In this document: positions 12,201 to 22,572 of the stretch, one piece after another
Position numbering within the stretch: the stretch's first letter is position 1
Layout: each line of letters starts with the position of its first letter
Assembly (NCBI GenBank): GCA_964036045.1
Contig: OZ038379.1
Span: 72,664,001 to 72,728,000 of the forward strand
Source: Eutreptiella sp. 'Long Island Sound 2002'
Lineage: Eukaryota; Protista; Euglenida
Length of the DNA: 64,000 nt
Direction of reading: 5' to 3'
Made by a program: the position numbers and the translations under genes
The notes under the pieces: generated by a model
What the model was told of the DNA's origin: nothing
The model's input: the letters and a program-made list of their open reading frames with translations, nothing else
Databases searched by the model: none

Positions 12201-14564
12201 TGTTGCTTGGCACCTGTTCTTGTGCTGTGGTTCGTTGCGTGTTGTGCGCGCGCTCCGGGTTTGCGTCCATGTGCCTTGGATGTGGCCGGCGGCGTGTCTC
12301 TCTAGTGTGCCTCGTGGCCCGGCGCGGTGCGCGGCGCCTCCTCCGGTTTCGTCGCTCTCGCTGCTCCAGTTGGCTTTCCCGACGCCGTGGTACCTTTCCC
12401 CCCCCAGGAGGCTTGCGCCCCCGGCTTTACTGGGCGGCTGCGCGGGGCACGCAGAGGCCGGTCGAGGACGGGGCTCATTGTGCCTGCCGCTAGCACGCGC
12501 CAAGAAAGGGGCGCTGGGCTGGCTCTGCATTGTACCCATTCGGGGCCCCATGATGGGGTTCTCCCTGGCGAGTCCCTGCAGCGTAGGTCTTGTGCTGCGT
12601 GCGCTGTGGTGGTTGGCGTGAGTGGACCCGGTCACTGTTGCGTCCTTCTTTCCTGCGGTGGGTCGGAGCACGTCACGCCCGAGGCCCGTGCGCGTGTGTG
12701 TGTGCTCGTTCTTCCTCACCAGGTCGGGCGGGCCGGCCTCCCGGGGCGCATTTTGGTGCGCCTCACCTTTCCTCTGGCCGCTTTGTCTTTCTGCTTTGCT
12801 CGTCCCCCTCCGGGTTGGGGTTGCCCCTTTCCTGTTCTCTTTGTTAGTTTTTTTGTCGTTCCCTTTGTGCTCCATGGTTGTCTCTTGCTTTCTCTGAGTT
12901 CCGGCCCCGGGAGCCTTGGGCCTTGGCGCTGTGTGGTCCCCGCCCCCGCTCCCCCCTCGGGGGTTTTTTTTTGTTTTTTTTCTTCTCATTCTTTTTCCTT
13001 TTTTTTTCCTCCTGTCCTTCTTTTCTGCTCCCCCCCCCTTTCTTTCCCAGCCTTTCCCGCCCCCCCCCCCTCCTCTTGTTTGTTTTGTTGGTCTCCTGCT
13101 GCTCGGCTCTCCGTGTGCTCTCGCTGCTTTTGTGTTTCCCGCCTGGCCGCTGGCTGCTCCCTTCTGGTTGCTGCCCCCCGTTCCTTTTGTGTGTCGCGGT
13201 TTCCGTTGCTGCTGCTCGGTGCTCTGTCTTTTTTTACCGCTGCTTTGCTCCTGCCTTCTTGCTTGGCGTTCGTCAGCAGTTCTCGCCTTCTGCTGCCCCC
13301 CTCCCCCCGGTGCGCGCGTGCTGCCTTGTGCTGCCTGTCGTTGCCGCGCTGCGCTGCCCTTCTGTCGGGTGTCCTGCGGTGCCGGTTGCCTTGTATTGTG
13401 CTGCGTGTCCTGCTTTGATGCCTCGCCTTGCTGTATTGCGGGCTGCTGCACGCTGTGCGGTGCTTGTTGGGGGGTGTATTTGTGTGTTGTGCTGTGCTGT
13501 TGGTTGCTGCTGCTTGATGTGCCGTGTCTCTGGTCGTGCCGTCCGCTTCGGTTGTTCGCGGTGTCTTTTGCTGTCTGGTTTTGGTCTGCGTTGCCGTGTG
13601 CTGTGCTGCGCTGTGTGTCCCTGACTGCGGTGCTGCTCCGTGCTGCTGCGCGTAGAGCCGCCCGGTGTTGTGCTGTTGGGTGCTGTGTTGTTTTGTTTCG
13701 GTCGTTTGGTGCTGTTGCTTGTGGTGCTGTGCCCTCTGGCGCTGCCTGCCGCCCTGGGGTCCTGTTCTTTGCGGCGCCGTGTTTTGGAGTGTTCCCCCGC
13801 GCTGTGTGCTCTTTGCTGTGTGTGTTTTGTCGCGGCGTGTTTGTGCATGCTGTTGTTCGCCGCTGTGCTGTGTGCTGTGTATGTCCTGGGGTGCTCTGCT
13901 GTGTGTCCCCTGTCCTCTCTGTCTTGTGCGTTGCTGTGCTGCGCGGTGCTGGTGCGCTTGAGTTGTGCTGTTCCTGTGGTGCGTGCCATTTGCTGGCGCC
14001 TGGTGCTGTGGTACGTTGCTGTGTATTGTGCATTTCCCTTTGGTGTGCTGTGGTGCGATGCTGGGTCTGATGGCCCGTGTTTGTCTTCTGGTGGCGTCTT
14101 TTGGTGTCGGTGTGACTGTCCCGCCGCTGGCCTGCTTCCCTCTGCTTTGTGCAGTTTGCTGTGGTGCCCTGCTTTCCTGTGTTGTGTTCCTTGGTGCTGT
14201 GCTTTCGGGTGGTTCTGTGCTGTTGTGCTCTGCTGTCAATTTGCGGTGCTGTTCCTGCTTGCTTTGCCCTCCTGTGGCCTGTAGTGCGGCGCCATGCTGT
14301 GCTGTGTTGTGCTGCTGGTTGTCTGTGCTGTTTTTTGCCCGTTGGTGGCATCTGTGTGCTGTGGTGCCCCTTTCCTCCCTGCATGCACAAAAAACATTGA
14401 TTATTACCCTGTGTTCCCCTGCGCTGGTCTCTGTGTCGGTGGATCACGTCGTTGATGAAACTGGTCTCGTCGATAGCCGCTCCATTGCTGATCCCGGCGT
14501 CACAGTGCACTTGCTTCACTTGTTTGTACATGTACAGCAACCAGGTCCTCATCGAATTCTTGTT
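12200..14564 (-). repeat. Composite repeat copy E: core, T-rich and TG-rich body; its head lies beyond the LINE at 25929-26200
   Basis: Core homologous to 37-420. Removing the LINE joins 14564 to 25929, which restores the head-body order seen in copies A and G. Confidence 0.65.
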
Positions 14565-15636
14565 GCAGCCCTCTTTGGTTTTTGTTTTGAATTGTACAGC
14601 CACTTTAATGTCCGGACAGGGACACAGCCCTCAATCAGAGTGATGTGTATAGACAAACGTGCTTGGCTCTCCCTAGCACTATGTGAGGGTTCTAGCCATG
14701 GAGGAACCTTGGAACTCGCCCTGATGGGTAGGGTTGTAGAGAACTAGGTTGCCTTGGCACGCGCCCATGTGGGTGCCTGGTTGGTTGCACATAGAACTGG
14801 CGGCTTGACAGAATGAGATCAGGATCAAGGGGAGGGATGGGGGCGCTGTGGTGTGAGACGTGGTGAGACGTGAGACGTGGACGAAATCAGCCGAGGCTTA
14901 CTCATGTGTCGGAAGTACTGAGAAGTGTGCAGGCAGGGGGGGGGGCGGGGGAGGGGATCTGGATGTGGCTCTGAGGACCGAGTGATACCTGTGGTGGCCT
15001 TACCGTAGTAATGGAGCGGTTTCCGCTTCAAAAATTGAACTCACAGGTTAAGGGACTCACAGGTCAACTTCAGCCTTCAAGGGGACTGGGAAGAGGATCT
15101 CAGGGTACTTTATCAATCTGTCAGCATGCAGCGTCAGGGCAAACGCCGTTTGTGAGTTGGCTCGGTGCACTGGAGTGCTGCGTACATTTAGTCCAGGTAC
15201 CACGGGATTTCCGGGGACTGCTCGCGGGGTTCCGGTATCCAGAACCAGCAATAGTAGTATTCAAAACCTTCAGGTTCATACCACCAGTGAATGCCGAGGT
15301 ACCACATGACAGCAATGGATGAGGAAAAAGGCTGTGACTTGGATGATTCACTGGAAGGGGCAGCGGCCTCGCTATTTGGGACGGGGTACACTCTGTGTTT
15401 GGCCGAGAATAAACCGAATGCTGGGGGGGGGTAGGGCAAGCGATGGGGGGGGGTGAAAGAGACTCTGGCGTTGAACTCACTGACGGGGGCGGCTCGGCCG
15501 GAGGCAGTTGGGGGGGCTGAAGCTCAGAAGAAATCTGTGATCCGTCGGTTGGAACTGTCAGCGCCGGGGGGTTGGGGGGGGTGCCACCGGTTCAGGGGCG
15601 TAGGTGTCACTACGCATTTTGCGTGGCCGAGGGTCG

Positions 15637-16978
15637 TCAGTGTCCCGGCTGCGGTTCCTGGGTGGTTGTTTGGGACGCATGGGCAATTTGTTTTTGTGGG
15701 TGGGTGGCCTCTATGAGGGGGGGGGTTGGACTGAGTCTGGCAGGTGGTCTGGAGGCAGGGGATAGTGGTAATCGCTGTGCGCCTGTGGGGTGTGTGATGT
15801 GCTGTAGGTGCTGTGTGGTGTGCCCCAGGTGTTGAGACCTTGGGGGGGGGGCGCGGAAGGGGGGGGGATCTTCGGCTAGCCAAGTGAGTGCTTTGGACAG
15901 AGCGCCTTTCAACTGTCGCTGGCGCTGGGGGAGTGCATTTTTAAAAGGCAAAACGCGCTGGGGTTTCGTTTCGCCTGTGTTGGGTGTAGTCATGGCTTCG
16001 TACAGGGTGGAGGGCACCAAAGATTTGACGAAATTTCGTTTGTCTCCCCGGTGGGAGCACTGGGCCCAGGAGGTGCTTGCTACCTGGTTGAAGGGCGGCG
16101 GCCACGCATGCATGAAGCTTTTCACAATGTGGTCAGCGCTGGGGCAATGGGACAAGAAGGAGGCTGCATCGAGGGTGTGTGACTGTGAGCATTTGTGGCA
16201 AATTCGGGGGGTCCTGTCGTTGTGGAATGCATATATAAGAAAATTCATTTTGCCTGATGACCATTTGAAGGGGAGTCCGGAGAACCACGATGAGTGATTG
16301 TGAAAGAAAAAACTGGACGGCACATGGATGTTGTAGTGGTGATGACGGGGGATGAGGGCCCTCGATACAGAGGTTGTCAGGCGATGACAGACGGGCAAGC
16401 TACCGAAGGATACAGTTCTCAGGGGGGGTGGGGGCAGCAACTCAGGAGAGGATGATGAGCTGTATGCAATCCACTTGGAGAACAGATCCGAACATTCATT
16501 CCCCTGAAATCCTGCATGTCCTTTGATCCATGCAAATTGCGTTGACACAAATGTAGGCATTTGAGCTTGAAGAGAGGAGTAAGCCTTAACCCATGTGCTA
16601 TGCGATGAGCGTGATGCCATTAGGTCTGACTGGTGCAATGTGAATCACTTGTTCGTTATCTCCAAGAATAATGCACTGCATGGGTTGGTTTAGGGAGGAT
16701 ACCCATCGAAGAAACATAATGCCGGCCCAGTACTCAGATCCCTCAGGGGAAAGGTAGGGGGATGGGGGGCACAGAACCAGGATTCTACCGTTGGCTTTGT
16801 AGATGGTGGCAGCAGAGCTGAAACCTCCTTGCCCTGCTGAACCATCCAGGTACAGCCAGGTTGTTTCAGAGGAGGCCTCTTGCAGAAGTTGGGATGCTCT
16901 GTTGCAGTTCCACGCTTTGAGGTCTTCACTTCGTAGGGAGTGGGGGGGTAAACCGTGGACCTGGTACAGGTATCCCAA
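15637..16978 (-). pseudogene. LINE RNase H domain plus downstream Cys/His motif (frameshifted)
   Basis: WLYLDGS, GSEY, ILGDN, then WIKGHAGFQGNECSD (the four RNase HI acidic residues and the His loop), followed by CHKCSQSH..HC. Confidence 0.85.
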
Positions 16979-19134
16979 GGGTGTAGATTTTTTTGGGAAC
17001 CCTGGCGATTGAAGGTTGTGTCGTCCCCTGGGAAGTAAATGGATCCTTGGTCGCAGAAGGTATCAGTCACGATGCCTCTGTGGATGCCAGGGTCTGTGTT
17101 TTGGTGGCGTTGTTTGTTTCCCCACTTAGTAACTCTGTTGTTGCGGTATGTGGTGAAACGAACATAGGCCTGTCCATTTTTTTGGAGCAGGTGTGGTGGG
17201 GTGTTGATTTCAGAATTGGTGGTGTTGAATCTTAATTGGAGACTGTGACAGGCGTCGCTGACCAGCTTAAGGACCATCGAAATTTTCTCGTTGAGTGCTG
17301 CTTGCTGAAAAAGTTGGTTGCTTTCGTCCGGGCCCTCGTTGTTCAAGTAATGGATGTCCGCATTGACAGTAGAGATGTTTAGGCAGTGTTGGAAGTGGCG
17401 CCCGTCAAGTCCCCCATGGGGTCTGGGAGTGTATTTGTCTCTGTTAGACACCAACCTGGAGATGCGGTTGCTTTTCTCTGGATCACGGTCAATGGCAATG
17501 TTTTTCCAAATGATGTTTTGCAGGAAGTGAAGCTGTGATTGTTCCAGTGGGTGTGCCATGAGGCGATATTGGAGAGTGGGGATGAGTTGGAGGTTCACCA
17601 GTCGGATATATTCAGAAAGAGTGATGTTGAGTGGGTGTAAGAAAGTGGAAAAAGACGTGATTTCAGATTTAGCCAGTTCATACGTGATAGTGGGGTCGGG
17701 ATCTGTAAACAGATGGACACCGAGGTGTTTGTATACCTTCTGGGGCGCGAGGGTTTTTGGGTCGATGGTTGACAGCCTTTTTCCAGGGGGCGCTGTGATT
17801 GTGGTTTGAGGGGCCTTTCCCATGCTGTGGAGTTCTGTTTTGCTTACGTTGATGTCTAGGCCCCATGCCCTACCCTTGGAGTTGTAGAAGGATAGGATAT
17901 CTTGTATGCGTTGGGAGGATTCAGAGCGGTACAGCAGGTCATCCACAAATGCATGGCTAGATTCATGTTGTGTGATGGGAGTGGACACGTGGTGAGGGAC
18001 AGCGAATAATAAGACATTCACATACAACACGAACAGAATCTGTGATAAGGGACATCCTTGGCAGACGCCCCTGGTTTGCAGGTGTGATGCACTGGTGTGG
18101 CCGTTAACTACCGGGTAATCTCGTGGAGCTCGGTAGAGCCCTCGGATGAGACGGATGAGGGGGGAGGGGAGGCGGTAGTGTTCCAGGGTCTTAAACAGAG
18201 ACCCGTCAGGGACACTGTTGAAAGCTTTGTTGAAATCTATGTAGAGGCTGTATGAAGCCGGGCAGTTTTGGTATTTGGCTAATAGCTGAAATATGTGATC
18301 TGAGCACCGGCGGTATGGAAGGCCCCCGAGCTGGGCTTTGTGGATCAGGCCATAAAACGAGGAAATTTCGTATAGGTGTTTGGCAGCGTGAGTGGCCAAC
18401 ATTTTATAGAGTGTGTTGAGGAGGGCGATTGGTCTGTAGTTCACCGGGTCGTGTGGTGGGCCTTTTTTGTAAAGCAAGACCACGTTGGCTTCCAACCACT
18501 CATCAGGCATATCGTTGGTAAGGTGAAGGCTGCACACAGAGAGCAGAAATCGTTTCACTGCTTCAGGTGAGATGTGGAAGAGGTAACCATTCGTGGAGTC
18601 TCGGCCACCCGCCTTTGAAGGTTTGCAGGAGTGCAGGTAGGAGGTGAATCTGTGCCATGAGATTTCTGGCGTAGGGGTGATGGCCGTGGTGGGGGGGCAC
18701 TTTGGCGTATGCTGGAGGAGTTCTTCGGCAGTGTGTGCACTGGGCTCGTAGTTTAGAGGACCGCCCAGCGTGAGTAGGGTGTCGGAAAAACATTCGGTGA
18801 GACGTTTAGTGTCACATGTTAGTTTGCCTGTGTTTGGGTCTTTTAACGAGGCTGCTCGATGTTCCGTTGGGTTTGCTGCTTCGTTGAGTGTTTTTTTGAT
18901 GTTTGTTTTTTGGATGAGGCACCTGTGTATTTTTGACTGTTTGGATTTGTTGTAAGTGTCATCCCATTGGTGGATTGCATCGTTCAATTGTGCCATTTGG
19001 GCCGAAAACTGCGGGTGCGTTGGGGGGGGGGCATCATTTAACGCCTGGCGAATGGATTTGACGGCTCGGGAGTCGGATTTGATGCGGGGGGCTGTGGTGT
19101 TGTGGTATTGAGCGCTTAGCTCCCGAATGACCAT
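16690..19134 (-). CDS. Non-LTR reverse transcriptase (814-aa open segment; last ~95 aa out of frame)
   Basis: KAGGRD, WLEANVVLLYKKG, NYRPIALLN, YIDFNKAFNSV, GVCQGCPLS, AFVDDLL, LDINVSKT, YKHLGV, PHGGL. Confidence 0.95.
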   Translation of the reverse strand: MVIRELSAQYHNTTAPRIKSDSRAVKSIRQALNDAPPPTHPQFSAQMAQLNDAIHQWDDTYNKSKQSKIHRCLIQKTNIKKTLNEAANPTEHRAASLKDPNTGKLTCDTKRLTECFSDTLLTLGGPLNYEPSAHTAEELLQHTPKCPPTTAITPTPEISWHRFTSYLHSCKPSKAGGRDSTNGYLFHISPEAVKRFLLSVCSLHLTNDMPDEWLEANVVLLYKKGPPHDPVNYRPIALLNTLYKMLATHAAKHLYEISSFYGLIHKAQLGGLPYRRCSDHIFQLLAKYQNCPASYSLYIDFNKAFNSVPDGSLFKTLEHYRLPSPLIRLIRGLYRAPRDYPVVNGHTSASHLQTRGVCQGCPLSQILFVLYVNVLLFAVPHHVSTPITQHESSHAFVDDLLYRSESSQRIQDILSFYNSKGRAWGLDINVSKTELHSMGKAPQTTITAPPGKRLSTIDPKTLAPQKVYKHLGVHLFTDPDPTITYELAKSEITSFSTFLHPLNITLSEYIRLVNLQLIPTLQYRLMAHPLEQSQLHFLQNIIWKNIAIDRDPEKSNRISRLVSNRDKYTPRPHGGLDGRHFQHCLNISTVNADIHYLNNEGPDESNQLFQQAALNEKISMVLKLVSDACHSLQLRFNTTNSEINTPPHLLQKNGQAYVRFTTYRNNRVTKWGNKQRHQNTDPGIHRGIVTDTFCDQGSIYFPGDDTTFNRQGSQKNLHPWDTCTRSTVYPPTPYEVKTSKRGTATEHPNFCKRPPLKQPGCTWMVQQGKEVSALLPPSTKPTVESWFCAPHPPTFPLRDLSTGPALCFFDGYPP

Positions 19135-19157
19135 GGAGGTGTATTTTTGGACCGTAG

Positions 19158-19497
19158 TGAAGCGGTAGCGGCAGGGCCTCCCTACCGCTACCCGCTGTGG
19201 CTCGCACGTGCGCTGAATAGCGCAATTTATGACGTAAAATGGGATTACGAAGGCTACAGAACAATAGCGAGGATTGCCGTTTTTTATGTTAAAATAGCAG
19301 GTTTTTATAATAAATTTATGCTGTTGTGCCCCATTTTGTAATTATTCGCGAGATTTTACTGTTTTTCTGTGTTTTCACAGGCATCTATGTAGATTTGGAA
19401 GGCCTTAGAACAGTTTAAGCAACTTAATCCGACTCACGAAATGTTTGATTCTTGCAGAAATTGCGGTGCTTTGCAAGGGGTCCACGAAAACGCTTCA
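19158..19497 (+). repeat. 5' LTR (340 bp)
   Basis: Direct repeat of 21019-21371. Confidence 0.92.
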
Positions 19498-19509
19498 AAA
19501 CTGTTCTAA
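19498..19509 (+). promoter_or_regulatory. Putative self-priming primer-binding site
   Basis: AAACTGTTCTAA directly after the 5' LTR is the exact reverse complement of TTAGAACAGTTT at 19405-19416 inside the LTR. There is no TGG-type tRNA PBS. Confidence 0.6.
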
Positions 19510-19828
19510 CAACCCTGAACAGGGACAGCCGCCGGCCGCAGCGCATCGCAGCGCCGAGGAGCCGCGCCAACACGCGCTGAAGCCAGGGGGCGCTGGGCGC
19601 AGCGCCAGTCAGCACCGCAACTTGGCCGTCAGCCGCAGCAAGCAGCCAGAGGAGAGGCAGCAAGTGCCTCCGCAGCGTCCCGGATGAGCAGCAGCTACAG
19701 CAGCGGCGTCAGGACGTGGGGACCGCGAAATGGCGGCTACAACCTGGACAGCATGAGCGACGCGTCAGACTGGAGCCCCAGTCCAAGGCCAAGTTCGAGC
19801 CGCAGTCCCGCGTTCGAGCAACAGAGGT

Positions 19829-20524
19829 ATGGCCCTTCCAGCCGTCAACCCTATGGCCGTGGTAACCAGTACTGCGGCAGCACCGGCCGTCCCAAGAGCG
19901 GCAGTACCAGCCGCAATCCGGATTACCGTGACGGCCACCCAGCCGTCCAACGAGAACTCTTCCGCAAGCCGGACCATCGTCAAGCAGCGTGGGAGCGCCA
20001 ACCAGCAGCCTGGAGAACGCCGGAGCGCCAATCAGCGCTCCACCGAAGACAAGGTCCAAGCCGTGGTCACGCAGACCGTGGTCAAGCGTCGAGGGAGCCC
20101 CAACCTGCGCCCCAGAAAGCGCCAGAGTACCGACCAGTACCCCAACGTGGAGCAGAGTTCACCGGAAATCCACGCAACCCCAGTCCCAGTCTCAGTCCCA
20201 GTCCCAGTCCCAAGCTCGGAGATTGCCATCCTCCCAACCGATACGGTGGAGTTCAAGGCCTGGGCCGCAGAGATGACAGCGTGGGCGAGGAATGCAGCAG
20301 CGGAGATCCGGACCCTGAAGTCGGAGCAGGAGAGTCTGCAAGAGCGAGTGCGCCGCCTGGAGAAGACGTCCAAGACAAAGTCCGCTACAGGCGAAGCGGA
20401 GAAAAGGGTGGAAGTCGTGGAGGACTTCCAGACGCCGAAAAAGACCGCCCCAACCAGCGGAGCGACCAACCAAGACAGTGGGACGCAGACGCCTGGCAGT
20501 GGCAGCCGTCGTTGGAGACGGTAA
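19829..20524 (+). CDS. LTR-element internal ORF (231 aa) with a C-terminal coiled coil; function unknown
   Basis: Heptad-like WAAEMTAWARNAAAEIRTLKSEQESLQERVRRLEK. It overlaps an alternative 282-aa frame (19684-20532), so the true N-terminus is uncertain. Confidence 0.4.
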   Translation: MALPAVNPMAVVTSTAAAPAVPRAAVPAAIRITVTATQPSNENSSASRTIVKQRGSANQQPGERRSANQRSTEDKVQAVVTQTVVKRRGSPNLRPRKRQSTDQYPNVEQSSPEIHATPVPVSVPVPVPSSEIAILPTDTVEFKAWAAEMTAWARNAAAEIRTLKSEQESLQERVRRLEKTSKTKSATGEAEKRVEVVEDFQTPKKTAPTSGATNQDSGTQTPGSGSRRWRR

Positions 20525-20527
20525 TAA

Positions 20528-20828
20528 TTTAAAATTCCGTTTGTTGGAACACCTGTGGGCAAGTCCAGTCTTGTCAGACTTGCCGTGCTGAGAGCCCAGT
20601 CTTGTCAGGCTCCACCAACCAGGTATATATGTGGGTCTTAAAACCCATGTATATATGGGGCAGATCAACCCCTGGCACACGCACCCGCACTTGTACAATA
20701 CAGTGCACGGTGCCTGGGTAAGGCACGAACTGACACAGCAACATGGATTTGATGCTGGATTACAGTACTGTGTGCGTGCCTTTCCTGTTGTTTGGTTTTT
20801 AAAAGCATGGAGGTTTTCGGGAAACTGA
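20528..20828 (+). pseudogene. Possible degenerate small-GTPase-like segment
   Basis: KIPFVGTP-VGKSSLVRL (G1-like, one residue short), then after a frameshift PT-VG..H...INPWHT..VHGAWVRHELT...F...PVV, following the Ran/Rab motif order. Confidence 0.3.
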
Positions 20829-21006
20829 AAATCTCGCCAGGTTTTCAAAACAAACGGGGCAGGCCACCCAAGGCCTTTTTCTTAATCTTTTCCTAGTGAG
20901 GCAAAGCAGGTTTTTGCCTGAGGGTAGTATTGGTGCTCCCCACCGGACACCTAGGAAAAGGCTACCTCTGGGGTTTGTTTTTCCCCTTGGGGGATAAACA
21001 AACCTT

Positions 21007-21018
21007 TAAGTAGGGGGG
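21007..21018 (+). promoter_or_regulatory. Polypurine tract
   Basis: TAAGTAGGGGGG immediately before the 3' LTR. Confidence 0.7.
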
Positions 21019-21371
21019 TGAAGCGCTAGCGGCAGGGTCTCCCTACTGCTACCCACTGTGGCTCGCACGTGCGCTGAATAGCGCAATTTATGACGTAAGA
21101 TGGGATTACGAAGGCTACAGAACAATAGCGAGGATTGCCGTTTTTTATATTAAAATAGCAGTTTTTTATAATAAATTTATGCTGTTGTGCCCCATTTTGT
21201 AATTATTCGCGAGATTTTATTGTTTATCCGTGTTTTCACAGGCATCTATGTAGATTTGGAAGGCCTGTGGCTAACGCCTTAGAACAGTATAAGCAACTTA
21301 AACCGACTCACGAAATGTTCGATTCTTGCAGAAATTGCGGTGCTTTGCAAGGGGTCCACGAAAACGCTTCA
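21019..21371 (+). repeat. 3' LTR (353 bp)
   Basis: Direct repeat of the 5' LTR with scattered substitutions and a 13-nt indel near 21267. Confidence 0.92.
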
Positions 21372-21375
21372 GTAG

Positions 21376-22290
21376 CAAGGCGGGTGTTTTTGATGAGAGG
21401 GGTAAATGATTGGCACCAATCAGACATTTCTTTCAGTGCATCGTTGAACGTGCTGATCTCAGACTTGTTGAGCTTTCTGAAAACACGTTTGGTAATTGTA
21501 GATGAGTGCAGGGGGGGGGGGGGGGCAGAAAGGGGGCACGAGGAGGGATGGTGATCAGTAGCACGGTTCTCTGAGTGAATGCTGGCATCCAAAAGGGACA
21601 TCTTCTCTAGTGAGGCCGGGGAAATGAAAATGTAGTCTAGTCTAGATGAGCTGGTACGGTGTCCTTGTGGATACCTGGTGGACTCGCGTGTTGTAGGGTT
21701 AGCCAGGCGGTAGGTATTGCCTAGTAGGGGTGGGCTGGCCGTGGCTGGGTGTCTGATCCATGGCCAATGATTGTCACTCAGAAGCCCCTGGCTGTCCAAG
21801 GCGGGATGAATCAGACAATTGAAGTCACCCCCCAACAGGAAGCTTGGAAATTGCTTGAGGAGGGGGCGTAAGCTGGTTTCCACTTTCCTTCTCCATACCT
21901 CGCCTGCAGGCGCGTACACAGAAGCGACTAGGAGAGGTGGTGTACCGGGCAGGGTTAGGAGGGCAGCTGTGATGAGTCCATCTTTGTATCGATTATCGCA
22001 AGGGGTGACTGGCTTAGAAGGGGTGAGAAGGCTAAACCGGACCCGTGTTCGTGGTGGCGGGATAAGTTTGAGAAAATCACACCTCTGTGACCTCTTTGGT
22101 TGTAAATGTGGGGCAGGAGGGTTTTCTTTTCGAGTTCTTGAAGGAAAACAATGTCGAAGCCTTGCTTGAAGTGTTGCAAAAGAAGGGGGGTCCAAGGCTT
22201 CTTTTCTGTAACGTGGGTGACGGCACAGATGGTGTGGATTAGGCTTTTTGGTGATGACTTTGCCAGAGCGTAGCCTTTTTTCATTTTGGT
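21376..22290 (-). pseudogene. LINE APE-type endonuclease (one frameshift near 22020)
   Basis: GFDIVFLQE, GSGLAFS, LLVASVYAP, LLGGDFN, SRLDYIF, TDHHP. Confidence 0.92.
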
Positions 22291-22572
22291 TGTCACTTGG
22301 GGGGGGGGAGGGGGTTCTTGGGTTGGAGGGTGGCTCGAGTCAAGAAGTGTTTGAATTATGTGTTGGACGTGCGGCAACCGTCAGGGGGGTGGTGGGTTCA
22401 AGGTCGGTCGCCGTGAGGTGTGTGAGATCTGGGGGTAAGGGAGGAGAAGGGAAAAAAGGCACGGTGTTCATGTGGGATTCCACAAGGGTCGAGGCAGACG
22501 GGGCTGCTATGCCAGCCCCGATGAGCACGTCCTTCAGACTTTTCACCATGGCATTTGCAATGGCGCAATATC

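Larger units (their letters stand above)
19158..21371 (+). mobile_element. Non-autonomous LTR retroelement (2214 bp) nested between the APE and RT domains of the LINE
   Basis: Two near-identical LTRs, each TGAAGCG...CGCTTCA (7-bp inverted ends, TG..CA). TSD GTAG at 19154-19157 and 21372-21375. Purine tract before the 3' LTR. No RT or integrase inside. Confidence 0.92.

Noticed and set aside
14335-14400. Zinc-knuckle-like CFLCMQGGKGHHSTQM
   Set aside because: Wrong spacing and no final Cys; the DNA aligns with the non-coding body end of copies A and G.
12015-14603. 862-aa ORF, and the similar 555-aa ORF at 60690-62357 and ORFs at 50762-53831
   Set aside because: Thr/Gln/His/Arg low-complexity products of the T-free strand of TG-rich repeats.
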